A stretch of 64,000 bases of DNA from contig CAVPHD010000011.1 of the NCBI GenBank assembly GCA_963704165.1, positions 1 through 64,000 on the forward strand, written 5' to 3'. The stretch is from an uncultured delta proteobacterium. GTDB taxonomy: Bacteria; Myxococcota_A; UBA9160; SZUA-336. A program made the translations under genes and the position numbers. Positions 23,791 through 34,659 of this stretch are shown here, piece by piece. The stretch's first letter is position 1; the number at the start of each line of letters is the position of its first letter. A model generated the notes under the pieces. It ran no database searches. It had not been told where the DNA came from and saw only the letters and a list, made by a program, of their open reading frames with translations.

Positions 23791-25277
23791 GTCGAGGCGC
23801 CCGCGAGTGCGATCGCGCGCAGCAGCGCGCCGGCCTTGTGCAGCGTCTCCTCGAACTCCTTCTCGGGATCGGAATCCGCGACGACTCCGCCGCCCGCCTG
23901 CACGAAGAGCTTTCCGTCCTTCACGAGCAGCGTGCGCAGGGCGATGCAAGTGTCCATGTTCCCGAAGTAGTCGAAGTAGCCGACGCAGCCGGCGTACAGA
24001 CCCCGCCGTTCGACCTCGACCTCCTCGATCACTTCCATCGCCCGCACCTTCGGTGCGCCGCTCACGGTTCCGGCGGGAAACGTCGCGCGCAGGAGATCGA
24101 CCGCATCTTTCTCCGGGCGCAGCCGACCGCGCACGTTCGAGACGATGTGCATGACGTGCGAGTAGCGCTCGATCACTTCGAACTCGTCGACGAGAACCGA
24201 GCCGATCTCGGCCACGCGTCCGACGTCGTTGCGACCGAGATCGACGAGCATCACGTGTTCGGCCAATTCCTTCGGATCGGCGAGCAGGCGCTTCTCGATC
24301 GCCTTGTCCTCGTCGGGTGTGGCGCCGCGCGGAGCGGTTCCGGCGAGGGGGCGAAGCTCGATCAGGCCGTCCGTGAGTCGCACGTGGATCTCGGGTGACG
24401 AGCCGAGCACGGCGTGATCCCCGCAGCGCATGAAGAAAAGGTACGGGGAAGGGTTGAGCACGCGCAGCTGGCGGTAGATCTGGAACGCCTCGCAGCGCTG
24501 CGGAAGCGTGATCCGCTGTGACGGAACGACCTGGAAGATGTCCCCCGCGGCGATGTACTGCTTGCAGCGTTCGACCATCTCGACGAAGCGCTCGCGCGTG
24601 ACGTTCGAGACCGGCTCGAGCGCAACGGGATCGCGCGCGATCTCGGGCTGCCGGGGCGTCGGCCGGGCGAGCGCACGCTCGACGTCGTCGAGCGTGCGGA
24701 GTCCCCGCTCGTATGCGGCCTCGGCGGATTCACCCGGTCGAATCTCGAGATCGTGGATGATCGAGAGCCGCTGTCGTGTTCGATCGTGGACGAGCACGGT
24801 TTCGGGAAAGACGAACCAGCAGTCGGGAACGTCGAGCGGGTCGGGATTCAGCTCGGGCAGCCGCTCCACGTAGCGCACCCAGTCGTAGGAGACGTAGCCG
24901 ACCGCCCCGCCCGCGAAGCGCGGAAGGTCGGGAAGCGGCGTCGGCGCGAGCTCCCGGAGCAGCGCGCGAAGATGATCGAGCGGATCCTCGCTGCGATCGG
25001 CGGCCAGCTCGAAGCTCCGCATTTCATCGCCCCGCCGGATCTCGACGCGCCCGCGGTGCGCGCGGAAGATCGCACGCGCACCGATTCCGATGAAGCTGTA
25101 GCGGCCCCAGTGCTCGCCACCCTCGTTCGACTCGAAAAGGAACGAGTACCGGCCGTCGTCGACCTTGAGGAAGATCGCGAGGGCGGTGTCGAGGTCGGCT
25201 AGAACCTCTCGGACGAGCGGGACGGCCGATCCGCGGCGCGCGAGCGTGCGGAATGAATCGACATCCGGCCGTACCAT
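23787..25277 (-). CDS. trpE: Anthranilate synthase component I
   Basis: [65 protein letters not shown]. Confidence 0.96.
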   Translation of the reverse strand: MVRPDVDSFRTLARRGSAVPLVREVLADLDTALAIFLKVDDGRYSFLFESNEGGEHWGRYSFIGIGARAIFRAHRGRVEIRRGDEMRSFELAADRSEDPLDHLRALLRELAPTPLPDLPRFAGGAVGYVSYDWVRYVERLPELNPDPLDVPDCWFVFPETVLVHDRTRQRLSIIHDLEIRPGESAEAAYERGLRTLDDVERALARPTPRQPEIARDPVALEPVSNVTRERFVEMVERCKQYIAAGDIFQVVPSQRITLPQRCEAFQIYRQLRVLNPSPYLFFMRCGDHAVLGSSPEIHVRLTDGLIELRPLAGTAPRGATPDEDKAIEKRLLADPKELAEHVMLVDLGRNDVGRVAEIGSVLVDEFEVIERYSHVMHIVSNVRGRLRPEKDAVDLLRATFPAGTVSGAPKVRAMEVIEEVEVERRGLYAGCVGYFDYFGNMDTCIALRTLLVKDGKLFVQAGGGVVADSDPEKEFEETLHKAGALLRAIALAGAST

Positions 25278-25349
25278 GGCGCCACCGCCTTCATCGCGCG
25301 GCACTTTCTCACAGGCCCGCGCGAGCGTCAACTTCGGGGCGGCCCGAGC

Positions 25350-27851
25350 TCAGCGAATCCATCGGTCGAACCGGCGTTGCTGGCCCTCGTTCCCGCGCGT
25401 CCGGTCGCCCAACCCCGTGATGCGCACGAGAACCGAGAAGCGCGTGTCGTCCGGGCGCGCCTGCTTCTCGATCTCGGTCACGAGATCCCAGCACTTGCAG
25501 CTCGAGACCAGTACGACGCCGACACGTCCACCGTCCGTACCCGAGCTGACGAGCGAGGTGAAACCATCGGCGTAGAGCTCGAGAAAGCTCGTCACGATGA
25601 TGTACGCGGAGAGATTCAGCTGGTTCACCTTCTCGTCCCGCTCGTCGGATTCGTCGAAGATCTGCCCGCGTCCGAGGAAGCTCTCGAAGATCGTGCTCGG
25701 ATCGCGATTGAACCGATACCCGAGCAGAAGCTGATTTCCGCCGTCGCTCGCCCAACCGGCCGACGCGGCGACGTCGCGCATGTGATGAGCCTCCGGATCC
25801 CATCCGGCGTCGATTCCGATCGTGAACTCGCGCGACGGCCGGAACTCGGTGAGCGCGAAGATGCGCGTGAACTCGCTCGCCTCGTAATCGTAGCCGGATC
25901 CGATCCGGAACTCGCCAAAGAGCCTGGCGGGAAGTGCGTCGTCCGATGACGGACCGTAGAGCCGGTTCGAGAGCTGGACCTGAAGCAAGCGCGCGTCGGG
26001 AACGCGATCGCTCGGATTGCGCGTGACGAGGCGGATGTCGCCGTCGATCAGACGCGGATCGTCGCGCTGCGGCTCGGGGATGAAGAGCGGGTTGTCCTCC
26101 TGGTTCGGCGCGAACACGCCCGCGAACGCGATTCGGGGCTCCACGATGTGGTGCAGCGGAACGGTCGCGACGGCAAACTCGCGTCCGAACCGCGCACGAA
26201 GGTCGCCGCGCGCCGTGTACAGCGTCCGGCTGTCGTTGTCGCCCAGACTCGGAAGGTAGACGGTTTCGCGCAGCCCTCCCTCGGTCAGGAGCTCGAACAC
26301 GCCGAGCCGAAGCGGCAGCGCAAGCGTCGGGTACACGTCGAAGCGCTGGCCATGCGCGGCGAGCAGCTCGCCTTCCTGGAAGATGCCATCGCCCTCGGTT
26401 CGCGTCGTCGCGGTGGGATTCGAGAAATCGTCGCGGTCGTTGTCGACCAGATCGAAGGCCCCGTTCGCCGCGGGCTCCCGCCCCGTGAACCGCCCGTCTT
26501 CCCCGGTGTCGAAGAACTGCTCGTTCACGGGAGAGATCTGGCCGGGCAGGCCACCCCCCACCACTCCGAAGATCGTGTCGTGCGCGGAGCTCTGGACGAA
26601 GTTGGTGAACCGCGTGTCCAGCCCGGAGCGGAACGGCAGCCCGAAGAACGAGCGCGGCAGGGAGCCCGCACGAACGTCGGGCAATACCTGCAGGAAGTAG
26701 CCATCGCGATCGAGATCGTTCGGGTTCTGCAGGTCGTCGCTCATCGACGCCACGACGTCGCCATAGAGGCCGTGTCCCGAAGCGGTGACCCACGCCGCGC
26801 TCTCGATCTGTCTCTGGTGTTCGACGTCGCGGCCGAGATCCCGGAAGTCCACCGGGTACTCGTTGTCGCTGATCTGATTCACGTCGAGCCCGAATCGAAC
26901 GCCATCCGCCAGCGGTTGATCGTGCCGCAGCCACCAGGCCCAGCGGTTCTCGCTGAAGTACAGATCCGGATCGGACTCGACCTTGCGATCGTCGGGAAGG
27001 AGCGAGACGCCGCCGCGGCCCTGCCCGGTGTCGCCGAAGAGGTACTCGAAGGTCGACGTCGGCTTCCATCCGCGTCGGCTCATCCACTGCGGTTCGAGCG
27101 TCAGATTCACGCTCTCCGACACCGCCCAGAAGAATGGCAGGCCGAGCTCCGTGCCGTTTCGGCTCGACTGCGCGAAGCTCGGCATCAGGAATCCGGTCTG
27201 GCGCTCCGTCTTCACGGGAAACACGAGCCAAGGCACGTAGAGGATCGGAACGTCGAGCACCTTGAACCAGAGATGTCGACCGACGGCGTACCCGCCGAGC
27301 TCGAGGTTCGCGTCCTCGACCTCGATCTCCCACGGGCGTCGACTCGACCCGGGAGGACAACGACAGGACGTGAAGCTCCCCTTCTCGATCTCGAAGGTGT
27401 CCACACCCGTGCGCTTGATCGTCTCGCCGCGAACGGCGAAGCCCGGCTGCGGGTTGTCGAGCGAACCGCGGACGGCGATCGCGACCGTCGAGTCGAGATC
27501 GACCGCGACGAACTCCGCGAGCACCGTATTCTGATCATCGACGATGCGAACGTCGCCCGTGGCCACACCGGTTCGCGTCGCGCCGCTGAAGATGATCCAG
27601 TCGGTGGTAAGCACCCGGCCGCCGGACTGCGTGATCCGAACGTTCCCCGTCGCCTCGTAGATGTCGCGCTCGCTGTCGTACGTGACTTCGTCGGCCACGA
27701 GAGAGAACTCGGGACTCATCGACTCGCCGGCCAAGGCGGCCACTTCGGGAGGAGGCGGCGCCGTCGGCGCGACCTCTTGCGCGCGTGCTTCGCGCAGCGT
27801 CGCGGTGAGCAACACCGCGCACGCGACGACGAGCACTCGAAGGCGACGCAT
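25350..27851 (-). CDS. lptD: LPS-assembly protein LptD
   Basis: Signal peptide, OstA-like N-domain (ADEVTYD, ATGNVRI), FTSC, RQTGFLMP, PFFWA and a C-terminal SCKCW. Confidence 0.88.
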   Translation of the reverse strand: MRRLRVLVVACAVLLTATLREARAQEVAPTAPPPPEVAALAGESMSPEFSLVADEVTYDSERDIYEATGNVRITQSGGRVLTTDWIIFSGATRTGVATGDVRIVDDQNTVLAEFVAVDLDSTVAIAVRGSLDNPQPGFAVRGETIKRTGVDTFEIEKGSFTSCRCPPGSSRRPWEIEVEDANLELGGYAVGRHLWFKVLDVPILYVPWLVFPVKTERQTGFLMPSFAQSSRNGTELGLPFFWAVSESVNLTLEPQWMSRRGWKPTSTFEYLFGDTGQGRGGVSLLPDDRKVESDPDLYFSENRWAWWLRHDQPLADGVRFGLDVNQISDNEYPVDFRDLGRDVEHQRQIESAAWVTASGHGLYGDVVASMSDDLQNPNDLDRDGYFLQVLPDVRAGSLPRSFFGLPFRSGLDTRFTNFVQSSAHDTIFGVVGGGLPGQISPVNEQFFDTGEDGRFTGREPAANGAFDLVDNDRDDFSNPTATTRTEGDGIFQEGELLAAHGQRFDVYPTLALPLRLGVFELLTEGGLRETVYLPSLGDNDSRTLYTARGDLRARFGREFAVATVPLHHIVEPRIAFAGVFAPNQEDNPLFIPEPQRDDPRLIDGDIRLVTRNPSDRVPDARLLQVQLSNRLYGPSSDDALPARLFGEFRIGSGYDYEASEFTRIFALTEFRPSREFTIGIDAGWDPEAHHMRDVAASAGWASDGGNQLLLGYRFNRDPSTIFESFLGRGQIFDESDERDEKVNQLNLSAYIIVTSFLELYADGFTSLVSSGTDGGRVGVVLVSSCKCWDLVTEIEKQARPDDTRFSVLVRITGLGDRTRGNEGQQRRFDRWIR

Positions 27852-27892
27852 CGCGCGTTTCTAACCCGCGATGCGGGCGGAAGCAAGCTGGC

Positions 27893-28525
27893 CTAGCGGG
27901 TCAGCTGCGAGACTTGGGCGAGCTCGTCGGGCTCGAGCACCGTGAGCTGATCATCGACGAGGCCGACGAGCCTCCGATCGAGAAGCTCTTGCAGACAGAG
28001 ATAGGCAGGTTTGATCGCAAGCCTCGCGGCCCCGGCGAGATCCATCAACCGGCCCTTGACCGGGGTCGGGGCCTCTCCGGGAATTCGCCGTTCGAGAATC
28101 GCGCGAGCGAGTGCGGCGAGCTTCTCCGGATCCTGGCTCCTTCCCTCTCGCGGCGGCTCGACCTCGAGCGGGAGAACGTCGGCGACAGCCTCCTCGCGAG
28201 CGTGGCCGATTCGCTCGGTGAGCACCTGAATGAGCCGGAACGCGATCTCCGAATTCTCGCGGATCAGCACGTTCAGGAGCGCGACGTCGATCGCGAGTAC
28301 GCTGGTCTCGCCCTCGGCCTCGGCGCGGAGCGGCGATGGCCGGCCGAGAATCGACGTCGCCTCGCCGAAGACGTCGCCCGGACCGAGGAGGTAGGGGGCC
28401 TCGCCCTCGCTCCGGTGAACGAGCACGTTTCCGCCGCGAACCACGTAGAGCGTCCGTTCCGTCGAGCCACGCTCGACGATCGTCTCGCCCTTCGCGAAGT
28501 GCCGTTCGATCTCTTCGGGTTTCAT
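27893..28525 (-). CDS. Crp/Fnr-like cyclic-nucleotide-binding protein
   Basis: FAKGETIV..G, LYVVRGG.V, LGPGDVFGE and a C-terminal winged-helix-like segment. Confidence 0.75.
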   Translation of the reverse strand: MKPEEIERHFAKGETIVERGSTERTLYVVRGGNVLVHRSEGEAPYLLGPGDVFGEATSILGRPSPLRAEAEGETSVLAIDVALLNVLIRENSEIAFRLIQVLTERIGHAREEAVADVLPLEVEPPREGRSQDPEKLAALARAILERRIPGEAPTPVKGRLMDLAGAARLAIKPAYLCLQELLDRRLVGLVDDQLTVLEPDELAQVSQLTR

Positions 28526-28586
28526 GCGCGCGAGCCTCGGCCTCTGACCTCTCCGAGAGATCGACGGACACGCCGAGGCGCTTGAG

Positions 28587-29126
28587 CTAGTCGGGGACGT
28601 GACGCCCGATCAGGGCCCGAAGCTCTTCACGGTCGTGGAAGCCGGGTCCGAGCCGCTCGTGCACGTTTCCATCGCGCCCGATCAGGACGTGAAACGGAAA
28701 TGCGTCGGCTCCGTAGGCCAGGGCCAGATCGGTCGAAGCCTGCGCGACCGGGTACTCGATTCCGTGTTCGAGCACCCAGCGCGCGAGCTCCTCGAGAGGC
28801 AGCGCATCGATCGAGATGGCGAGAATGCGCACGTCTGACGCCGCGAGTTCGGCCTGGAGCGCGTTCAGCTCGCCGATCTCGAGCACGCACGGCGCACACC
28901 ACGTCGCCCAGAAGTCCAGGAGCACCACGTGACCGCGAAGCGAGTCGAGCGAGACACGACCGCCACCGACCAGCGGGAGGTCGAACGACGCGGCGGGCTC
29001 GAGTGGCGGAGGCGATGCCTCACGGCACCCGAACGCGAACAGGATCGATGTCAGCCCGAGCGCGAGACGCCACACGCGCGGGGCCGGCTCACTGCCATTC
29101 GGTGGAATCGTCCGCCGGCGGCGCAT
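28587..29126 (-). CDS. TlpA/ResA-like thiol-disulfide oxidoreductase (lipoprotein)
   Basis: VVLLDFWATWCAPC, cis-Pro motif AFP, lipobox-like AFGC; start uncertain. Confidence 0.85.
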   Translation of the reverse strand: MRRRRTIPPNGSEPAPRVWRLALGLTSILFAFGCREASPPPLEPAASFDLPLVGGGRVSLDSLRGHVVLLDFWATWCAPCVLEIGELNALQAELAASDVRILAISIDALPLEELARWVLEHGIEYPVAQASTDLALAYGADAFPFHVLIGRDGNVHERLGPGFHDREELRALIGRHVPD

Positions 29127-29470
29127 CGATCGCGCTCTCGTCGCCCCGTGAAGACGAGCGGCTCGTTGAACGTCAGGTTCTCGGGTGTCACGACGTAGTC
29201 GCCGCGCACCGACGCGGTGATGATCTCGCGCGCGACATCCGTGCGACCGCCAGTGAGCACCCACGCGAATCCGCTCGTGATCGCGCCGAGCGTCGCGTAC
29301 ACGATCTTCACCGGGCCGTAGACCAGGGAGCAGATCGCCGCGCCCACACCCAGCCCGTAGTGCGCCGCGAGATTCCGCTCCTGCTTCTCCTCGGCGTGGA
29401 CCGACGTCGAGACCGTCAACGCAACGACCAGCGCCACTGACGCAGCAGTTCGGACAGGAAGGCTCATCAT
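29051..29470 (-). CDS. Hypothetical exported/membrane protein
   Basis: Signal peptide ending VHA and hydrophobic SLVYGPVK..GFAWVLTGG; 3' end uncertain because it overlaps the TlpA gene. Confidence 0.6.
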   Translation of the reverse strand: MMSLPVRTAASVALVVALTVSTSVHAEEKQERNLAAHYGLGVGAAICSLVYGPVKIVYATLGAITSGFAWVLTGGRTDVAREIITASVRGDYVVTPENLTFNEPLVFTGRRERDRCAAGGRFHRMAVSRPRACGVSRSG

Positions 29471-29484
29471 GGCCACGGAGATTC

Positions 29485-29935
29485 CTAAAAAACGCCGAGC
29501 CGTGTCGAGGATCAGCGTCACGGGTCCGGCGTTGGTGAGCTCGACTTCCATCTCCGCGCGGAAGACCCCGGTGACGACGGTCACACCGAGCGAGCGTGCA
29601 TGCGAGGTCACGAGCTCGATCAACGGCTGCGCGTGCTCGGGACGGGCCGCGCCATCGAAGCTCGGACGCCGTCCCTTTCGGGTGTCGCCGAGCAGCGTGA
29701 ACTGCGAGACGACGCCGAGAGCTCCACCCGTCTCGAGGAGCGAGCGATTCATCGAACCGCTCTCGTCCGCGAAGACGCGCAGGTGCACGAGCTTCTCCGC
29801 GAGCGCCCGTGCATCCGCCTCGACATCCTCGCGCGCGACACCAACGAGTGCCAGCAGGCCCGCCTCGAGCTCCGCGACGACCTCTCCCCCCACTCGGACG
29901 CGCGCGCGCGTGACGCGCTGCGCGACTGCCCTCAC
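29485..29935 (-). CDS. dtd: D-aminoacyl-tRNA deacylase; stop probably lost to a homopolymer error
   Basis: RAVAQRV, SQFTL, KGRRPSF, TGVFRAEMEVELTNAGPVT. Confidence 0.93.
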
Positions 29936-30447
29936 GGCGAGCGCTGGCTCGCGAACTGGCCGGCGTAGACCGCCTCGCCCTCGCAGCGCTGAAGCACGAT
30001 CTGGCAGATGCGGATGCCGGGATGGATCAGGAGCGGGCGTCCCGAGACGTTGCTCATCTCGAGGACCTGATGGTTGGAGACCCCCGGCTGAACGAAACCG
30101 GAAGTGACGTGCACCGTGAGCCCGAGGCGAGCGATTCGACTGCGCCCTTCGAGCCAGCCGCAGACATCCGGCGGCAGGAAGATGCGCTCGCGCGTGATCC
30201 CGTGGACCGTCCGCCCCGGATCGAGCAGATACGGCTTCTCGAACGGGATCAGCCGCGTCGCGAGGTCCGGCGCGGCGTGATCGCTCACCTCGATCGGAGA
30301 GTTCTGGTCGTCGAGCGGCACTCGCAGCGAGTCGCCGAGGTGCAGATCGATCGACGCTGCGCCGACCTGATCCATCTCGAATGGCTCGAGCCGCAACCGG
30401 CCGGTCGCAAGCTCGTGCAGGATCGCATCGCGGGTCAGAACGCTCAT
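29932..30447 (-). CDS. dcd: dCTP deaminase
   Basis: ASIDLHLG, LEGRSRIARLGL.VH.TSG, LEMSN, RICQI. Confidence 0.88.
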   Translation of the reverse strand: MSVLTRDAILHELATGRLRLEPFEMDQVGAASIDLHLGDSLRVPLDDQNSPIEVSDHAAPDLATRLIPFEKPYLLDPGRTVHGITRERIFLPPDVCGWLEGRSRIARLGLTVHVTSGFVQPGVSNHQVLEMSNVSGRPLLIHPGIRICQIVLQRCEGEAVYAGQFASQRSP

Positions 30448-30519
30448 CGGATGTCGGACCCCAGACTCGCGGTCCGGCAACGCTTGTCAACCGGCCGACT
30501 GGACTCGTAGCGTAGGGGC

Positions 30520-31305
30520 ATGCACTCCTACTTCGACATTCCGCGTCCGCATCTTTTCGCCCATCGCGGTGCCAGCGCCGAGGCCCCCGAGAACACCATG
30601 CCGGCCTTCTCGCGCGCACTCGAGCGACGCGTTCGGTACCTCGAGCTCGACTGCCACGCGACCCGGGATGGAGAGATCGTCGTGCTCCACGACGCGGAGC
30701 TCGAACGCACGACCGACGGGCAGGGTCCGGTCTCGGCGCTCTCGTTCTCGGAGCTCGAGCGACTCGATGCCGGACACCGCTTCAGCCGCGACGGCCACAC
30801 CTACCCGTTCCGCGGCTGCGGCGTGCGCGTGCCGCGATTTTCCGAGGTGTTGAAGGCATTTCCGGGCGTACACCTGAACCTCGAGGTGAAGCAGGCGGAG
30901 CCGCCGATTGCCGAGCAAGTCATCGCTCTGGTGCGGGGCGCGAACGCGACATCGCGCGTACTGCTCGCTGCGGAGGACGATGGCGTGCTGAGCCGAATCG
31001 AGGCCCTCGACCCGGGCACGGCGCTCGGCTCCTCGACGGCGGACGTGATCGCGTTCGTGAAGGCCGCCGCCGAGGCGCGGCTCGAGAGCTTCAAGCCGCG
31101 CGGCCACGCGCTCCAGATCCCTCCGGACGCATTCGGCCAACCGCTCGTGACGCCCGAGCTCGTGAAGGCCGCACACGCGCTCGGACTCTTCGTTCACGTG
31201 TGGACGATCAACGAGGCCGAGGAGATGCGGCGCCTGCTCGCGCTCGGCGTCGATGGACTCATGTCGGACGATCCCGCCCTGCTCCTCGCGACGGCGAGCC
31301 GCTGA
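30520..31305 (+). CDS. Glycerophosphodiester phosphodiesterase
   Basis: [46 protein letters not shown]. Confidence 0.93.
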   Translation: MHSYFDIPRPHLFAHRGASAEAPENTMPAFSRALERRVRYLELDCHATRDGEIVVLHDAELERTTDGQGPVSALSFSELERLDAGHRFSRDGHTYPFRGCGVRVPRFSEVLKAFPGVHLNLEVKQAEPPIAEQVIALVRGANATSRVLLAAEDDGVLSRIEALDPGTALGSSTADVIAFVKAAAEARLESFKPRGHALQIPPDAFGQPLVTPELVKAAHALGLFVHVWTINEAEEMRRLLALGVDGLMSDDPALLLATASR

Positions 31306-32359
31306 GACGCGCGCGCGCATAGCTCGCCGCCTCCGCGGTGCCCGCGTCGCTCGCGTCGACCCAGCGCTCCACGAGCTCGAGCAGCTCGGGATCGCCCGAG
31401 TTGCCCGCCGCGATGAGCGCGTTGCGGCGCAGTCCCTCGGGTCTTGCTCGGCGCAGCGCGGAGCGGCGCATGCGCTCGCGAAGCGCGTCGTCGTCCAGGG
31501 AGAGCAGGTCCGCGAGAGACGGGCTGAACCAATCCGCGCGCGCCGCGAACCTCGGCTCACCCGCGAGCGGTCGCGCCTGCCGCTGATTCCAGGGACAGAC
31601 CTCCTGGCAGATGTCGCAGCCAAAGAGATGCGAACCGATGCCCGCGCGGAGCTCCGCGGGAATCGGGCCGCGTTTCTCGATCGTCAGGTAGGAGATGCAA
31701 CGCCGGGCGTCGACCACGCCGGGCTCCGGAAAGGCATCGGTCGGACACGCGTCGAGACACGCGCGACAGCTCCCGCAGTGGTCGACCGCGGGCGCATCGG
31801 GCGCGATCTCGAGGTCGGTCAGGATCACGCCGAGGAAGAGGTACGAGCCGAGGCCTGGATCGATCACGCAGCTGTTCCGGCCGATCCAACCGATTCCCGC
31901 TCGCTCGGCGAGGAGCCGCTCGGGCAGCGCGCCGGTATCGACGTAGCGTCGGAACGCAGCGGTCGGATACTCGACGCGAAGCGAGGCTACGAGCGCTCGA
32001 AGCCGCCGGCCCAGCACGTCGTGGTAGTCGTCTCCCCAGGCGTAACGCGAGACCCACGCGCGCCCGGGCTCGCGCGGCGATCGCGAGTCGGGCTCGCCAT
32101 TGTCGTAGGCGACGGCCGCGACGATCGCGGAGCGAGCCCCGGGAAAGACGCGCTCGAGATCCTCTCGCTCTTCGAGTCGCTCCGCGACGTAGCTCAGGTC
32201 TCCGGCATATCCGCGCTCGACCCAGGCGCGAACGCGCGTGAGCTCGGGCCACGACTCGATCCGGACGACACCGATTCGGATCAGGTCGTGTCGGCGCGCA
32301 GCCTGGTCGAGCCAGGCGCGCGCTTGCCGAGGCGAGTCGCCGACGGGGTGCATCGGCAC
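31259..32359 (-). CDS. queG: tRNA epoxyqueuosine(34) reductase
   Basis: [56 protein letters not shown]. Confidence 0.96.
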   Translation of the reverse strand: MPMHPVGDSPRQARAWLDQAARRHDLIRIGVVRIESWPELTRVRAWVERGYAGDLSYVAERLEEREDLERVFPGARSAIVAAVAYDNGEPDSRSPREPGRAWVSRYAWGDDYHDVLGRRLRALVASLRVEYPTAAFRRYVDTGALPERLLAERAGIGWIGRNSCVIDPGLGSYLFLGVILTDLEIAPDAPAVDHCGSCRACLDACPTDAFPEPGVVDARRCISYLTIEKRGPIPAELRAGIGSHLFGCDICQEVCPWNQRQARPLAGEPRFAARADWFSPSLADLLSLDDDALRERMRRSALRRARPEGLRRNALIAAGNSGDPELLELVERWVDASDAGTAEAASYARARLSGSPSRGAGRDRPT

Positions 32360-32400
32360 AGGACTCTAGCCGCTCGCGCGCCGGGCGAGGGTGGGCGATC

Positions 32401-32898
32401 GTGCCCCGCATGCCCCGCCCGCCGATGTCCAGCCGCGACGACCTGCACGTGGTGCTGGTGCATCCGGAGATCCCCTGGAACACCGGCAGCGTCGGACGCA
32501 CCTGCCTCGCCGCCGGTGCCCAGCTCCACCTGGTCGAGCCCCTCGGCTTCTCGCTCTCGGAGCGCGCGGTCCGCCGCTCCGGCCTCGACTACTGGCCACG
32601 CGTCGCGCCTGTGATCTGGCCGGACTGGGCGAGCTTCGAGGTCGCGCTGCCGTCGCTCGGAGAGGCGAGCTTCTTCAGCGCGGGCGCACAGCGATGCTTC
32701 TGGGACGCCGACTGCGGCGAGCGCACGGTGCTGATCTTCGGCGGCGAGAGCTCCGGGTTTCCGCGGGCGATCCGAGAGCGGTATCGAGAGCGACTCGTGG
32801 GCATACCGATGGCCGACCCGGCGCTCCGCTCTCTCAATCTCTCGAACACCGCGGCGATCGCCCTGTACGACGTGCTTCGCCGCCGCGCCCGGCCTTGA
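32401..32898 (+). CDS. trmL: tRNA (cytidine/uridine(34)-2'-O)-methyltransferase (SPOUT)
   Basis: PEIPWNTG..GRTC, RRSGLDYW, FGGESSG, IPM, RSLNLSN. Confidence 0.93.
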   Translation: MPRMPRPPMSSRDDLHVVLVHPEIPWNTGSVGRTCLAAGAQLHLVEPLGFSLSERAVRRSGLDYWPRVAPVIWPDWASFEVALPSLGEASFFSAGAQRCFWDADCGERTVLIFGGESSGFPRAIRERYRERLVGIPMADPALRSLNLSNTAAIALYDVLRRRARP

Positions 32899-32908
32899 GC
32901 CGCGTGGG

Positions 32909-33325
32909 CTACCCGAAGACGACGACCGCTTCTCCCGGCGTCGTCTTCTTGCCCTGCCCGTCCTCGGTCCAGATCTCGACCTGCGCGAGCTTCTTTCCGC
33001 CCTCTTCCCACTTCCGCTTCACCGTACCGCGGCAGCGGATCGGTTGATCGGGCATGTCCATGCCGCGGTACTGACACGAGATCTTCTGGATCCGCCCGTT
33101 GTGGCCGAGCCAGTTCGAGACCAGCTCGCCGAGCGAGGCGTACTTGAACCGGCCGTGCACGATGATCGAGCCGATCTGTTTGGCCTGCGGGAAGTTCGGA
33201 TCGTGGTGCAGCGGATTGAAGTCACCCGAACCGGCGGCGTACTTCACCAGCTGCGTCACCCCCGGCTGCTTGTCGAGCGCGGGCAGCGACTGACCTTCCT
33301 GGATGCTCTCCCATGTGACTGCCAT
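32909..33325 (-). CDS. MaoC-like (R)-specific dehydratase, catalytic subunit
   Basis: YAAGSGDFNPLHHD and IVHG hot-dog fold hydratase motif. Confidence 0.88.
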   Translation of the reverse strand: MAVTWESIQEGQSLPALDKQPGVTQLVKYAAGSGDFNPLHHDPNFPQAKQIGSIIVHGRFKYASLGELVSNWLGHNGRIQKISCQYRGMDMPDQPIRCRGTVKRKWEEGGKKLAQVEIWTEDGQGKKTTPGEAVVVFG

Positions 33326-33339
33326 GACTTCCCCCGCGC

Positions 33340-33834
33340 CTAGTAGAAGATCGCTTGCGCGCGCTGACGCGCGACGACCTTGCCGGTCTGTTGATTCGTA
33401 TACGTCGTCTCGCTGGTCGTGATCAGCATCTTCCCGAGGCCCTTGCTCTCGCGTACGTCGAGTCCCGCGACACGGCTCACCACGACCAAGGCGTCGCCGG
33501 CGCAGATCTGGTCGAAGTACTCGGTCTCGGTGCCGCCATCGAGCAGGCCCGGAAGTCCGTGCTTCACGGAGGGCTGCCCCTCGGTCGGTCCGCTGAACGT
33601 GTCGCTCGAGCGGCCGGGAATGAAGACCGGGGTGCCCAGGTAGGTCGGCGGCGCCGGCAGGCTGCGATAGCCGGCCTTGCGCGCGGCATCGACGTCGAAG
33701 TAGACGGGATCGGTGTAGCCGACCCCGCGCGCGAACATCCGCACGCTCGTCGTCGTCACCTCGTGGATCCAGGGCGGCGACTCCTTGCCGATCTGCGCCT
33801 TCATCTCGTCGCTGATCACGATTTCCTTCGCCAT
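33340..33834 (-). CDS. MaoC N-terminal/FAS1-like dehydratase partner subunit
   Basis: MFARGVG..DPVYFD..AARKAGY..LPAPPT, LDGGTETEY. Confidence 0.85.
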   Translation of the reverse strand: MAKEIVISDEMKAQIGKESPPWIHEVTTTSVRMFARGVGYTDPVYFDVDAARKAGYRSLPAPPTYLGTPVFIPGRSSDTFSGPTEGQPSVKHGLPGLLDGGTETEYFDQICAGDALVVVSRVAGLDVRESKGLGKMLITTSETTYTNQQTGKVVARQRAQAIFY

Positions 33835-33913
33835 TCGAAGCGCTCCTCCCGATCGGGCCGTGGCGTCCCGATCGCGGAAGTGTAAACCAAGTGCGCAAGG
33901 GAGTTCCCAGCCG

Positions 33914-34433
33914 ATGAGCCGAGCGCGCGACGCGAAGCTTCTCACTCCGAAGCAGGTGCTCGATCGGTATCACGACGGTCCGAAGAGCGGCGTCTTCACC
34001 GACGGAGCTTGCGAAGGGAATCCCGGCCCGGGCGGATGGGGCTACGTGTGGGTCGATGACGATCGAATCCTCGCCGAGAAGCACGGCAGCGACCCGGGCG
34101 ACGACCAACAACCGCATGGAGCTCACCGCACTGATCGAGGCCTACCGCGCGCTGCCCTCGGACGCGCGCACGACGGTCTTCTCGGACAGCGAGCTCTGCG
34201 TCAAGACCGTGAACGAGTGGGCCGCCGGCTGGGAGCGCCGGGGCTGGAAGCGAAAGACCGGACCGATCGCGAATCTCGAACTCGTGCGGACCCTGTACGA
34301 CCTCGCCGGAGAGCACCCGCACGTCGAGCTCCGCTGGATCCGCGCCCACGACGGTTCGCGCTGGAACGAGTACGTCGATGCGCTCGCGAACAGCTTCCTG
34401 CGCGAGCGGTCGGGGGAGATCGGCTCGGCCTAA
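33914..34433 (+). CDS. rnhA: Ribonuclease HI, frameshift near 34098
   Basis: FTDGACEGNPGPGGWG, then TTNNRMEL, SDS, W...GWK, WIRAHDG..WNEYVDALA. Confidence 0.93.
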
Positions 34434-34659
34434 CGCACCGCTTCCATCCGTCCCAATGACCGCGCGTCCTGACTGAGCTTTCTTCATTCGGCGAAGACTA
34501 TCCGAATGCTCTCGCGGCGTTAGGACCCGAACGCCCTGCCCGGTCCGGGTGCTGAAACCCCTTTACTCCGGCGGAGTTCTCTCCTATATCCACCTCTGAA
34601 TTCCCCCAGCACGCGTGCCCCCGACGCGTCCGATCCACACAGAGAACACAGGAGAGGCG

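Noticed and set aside
29051..29935. Apparent fusion of dtd with the downstream membrane protein
   Set aside because: Removing one base from the A6 run at 29487-29492 restores CGT TTT TAG at the normal Dtd end, and the downstream gene has its own ATG and signal peptide, so this is probably a homopolymer error.
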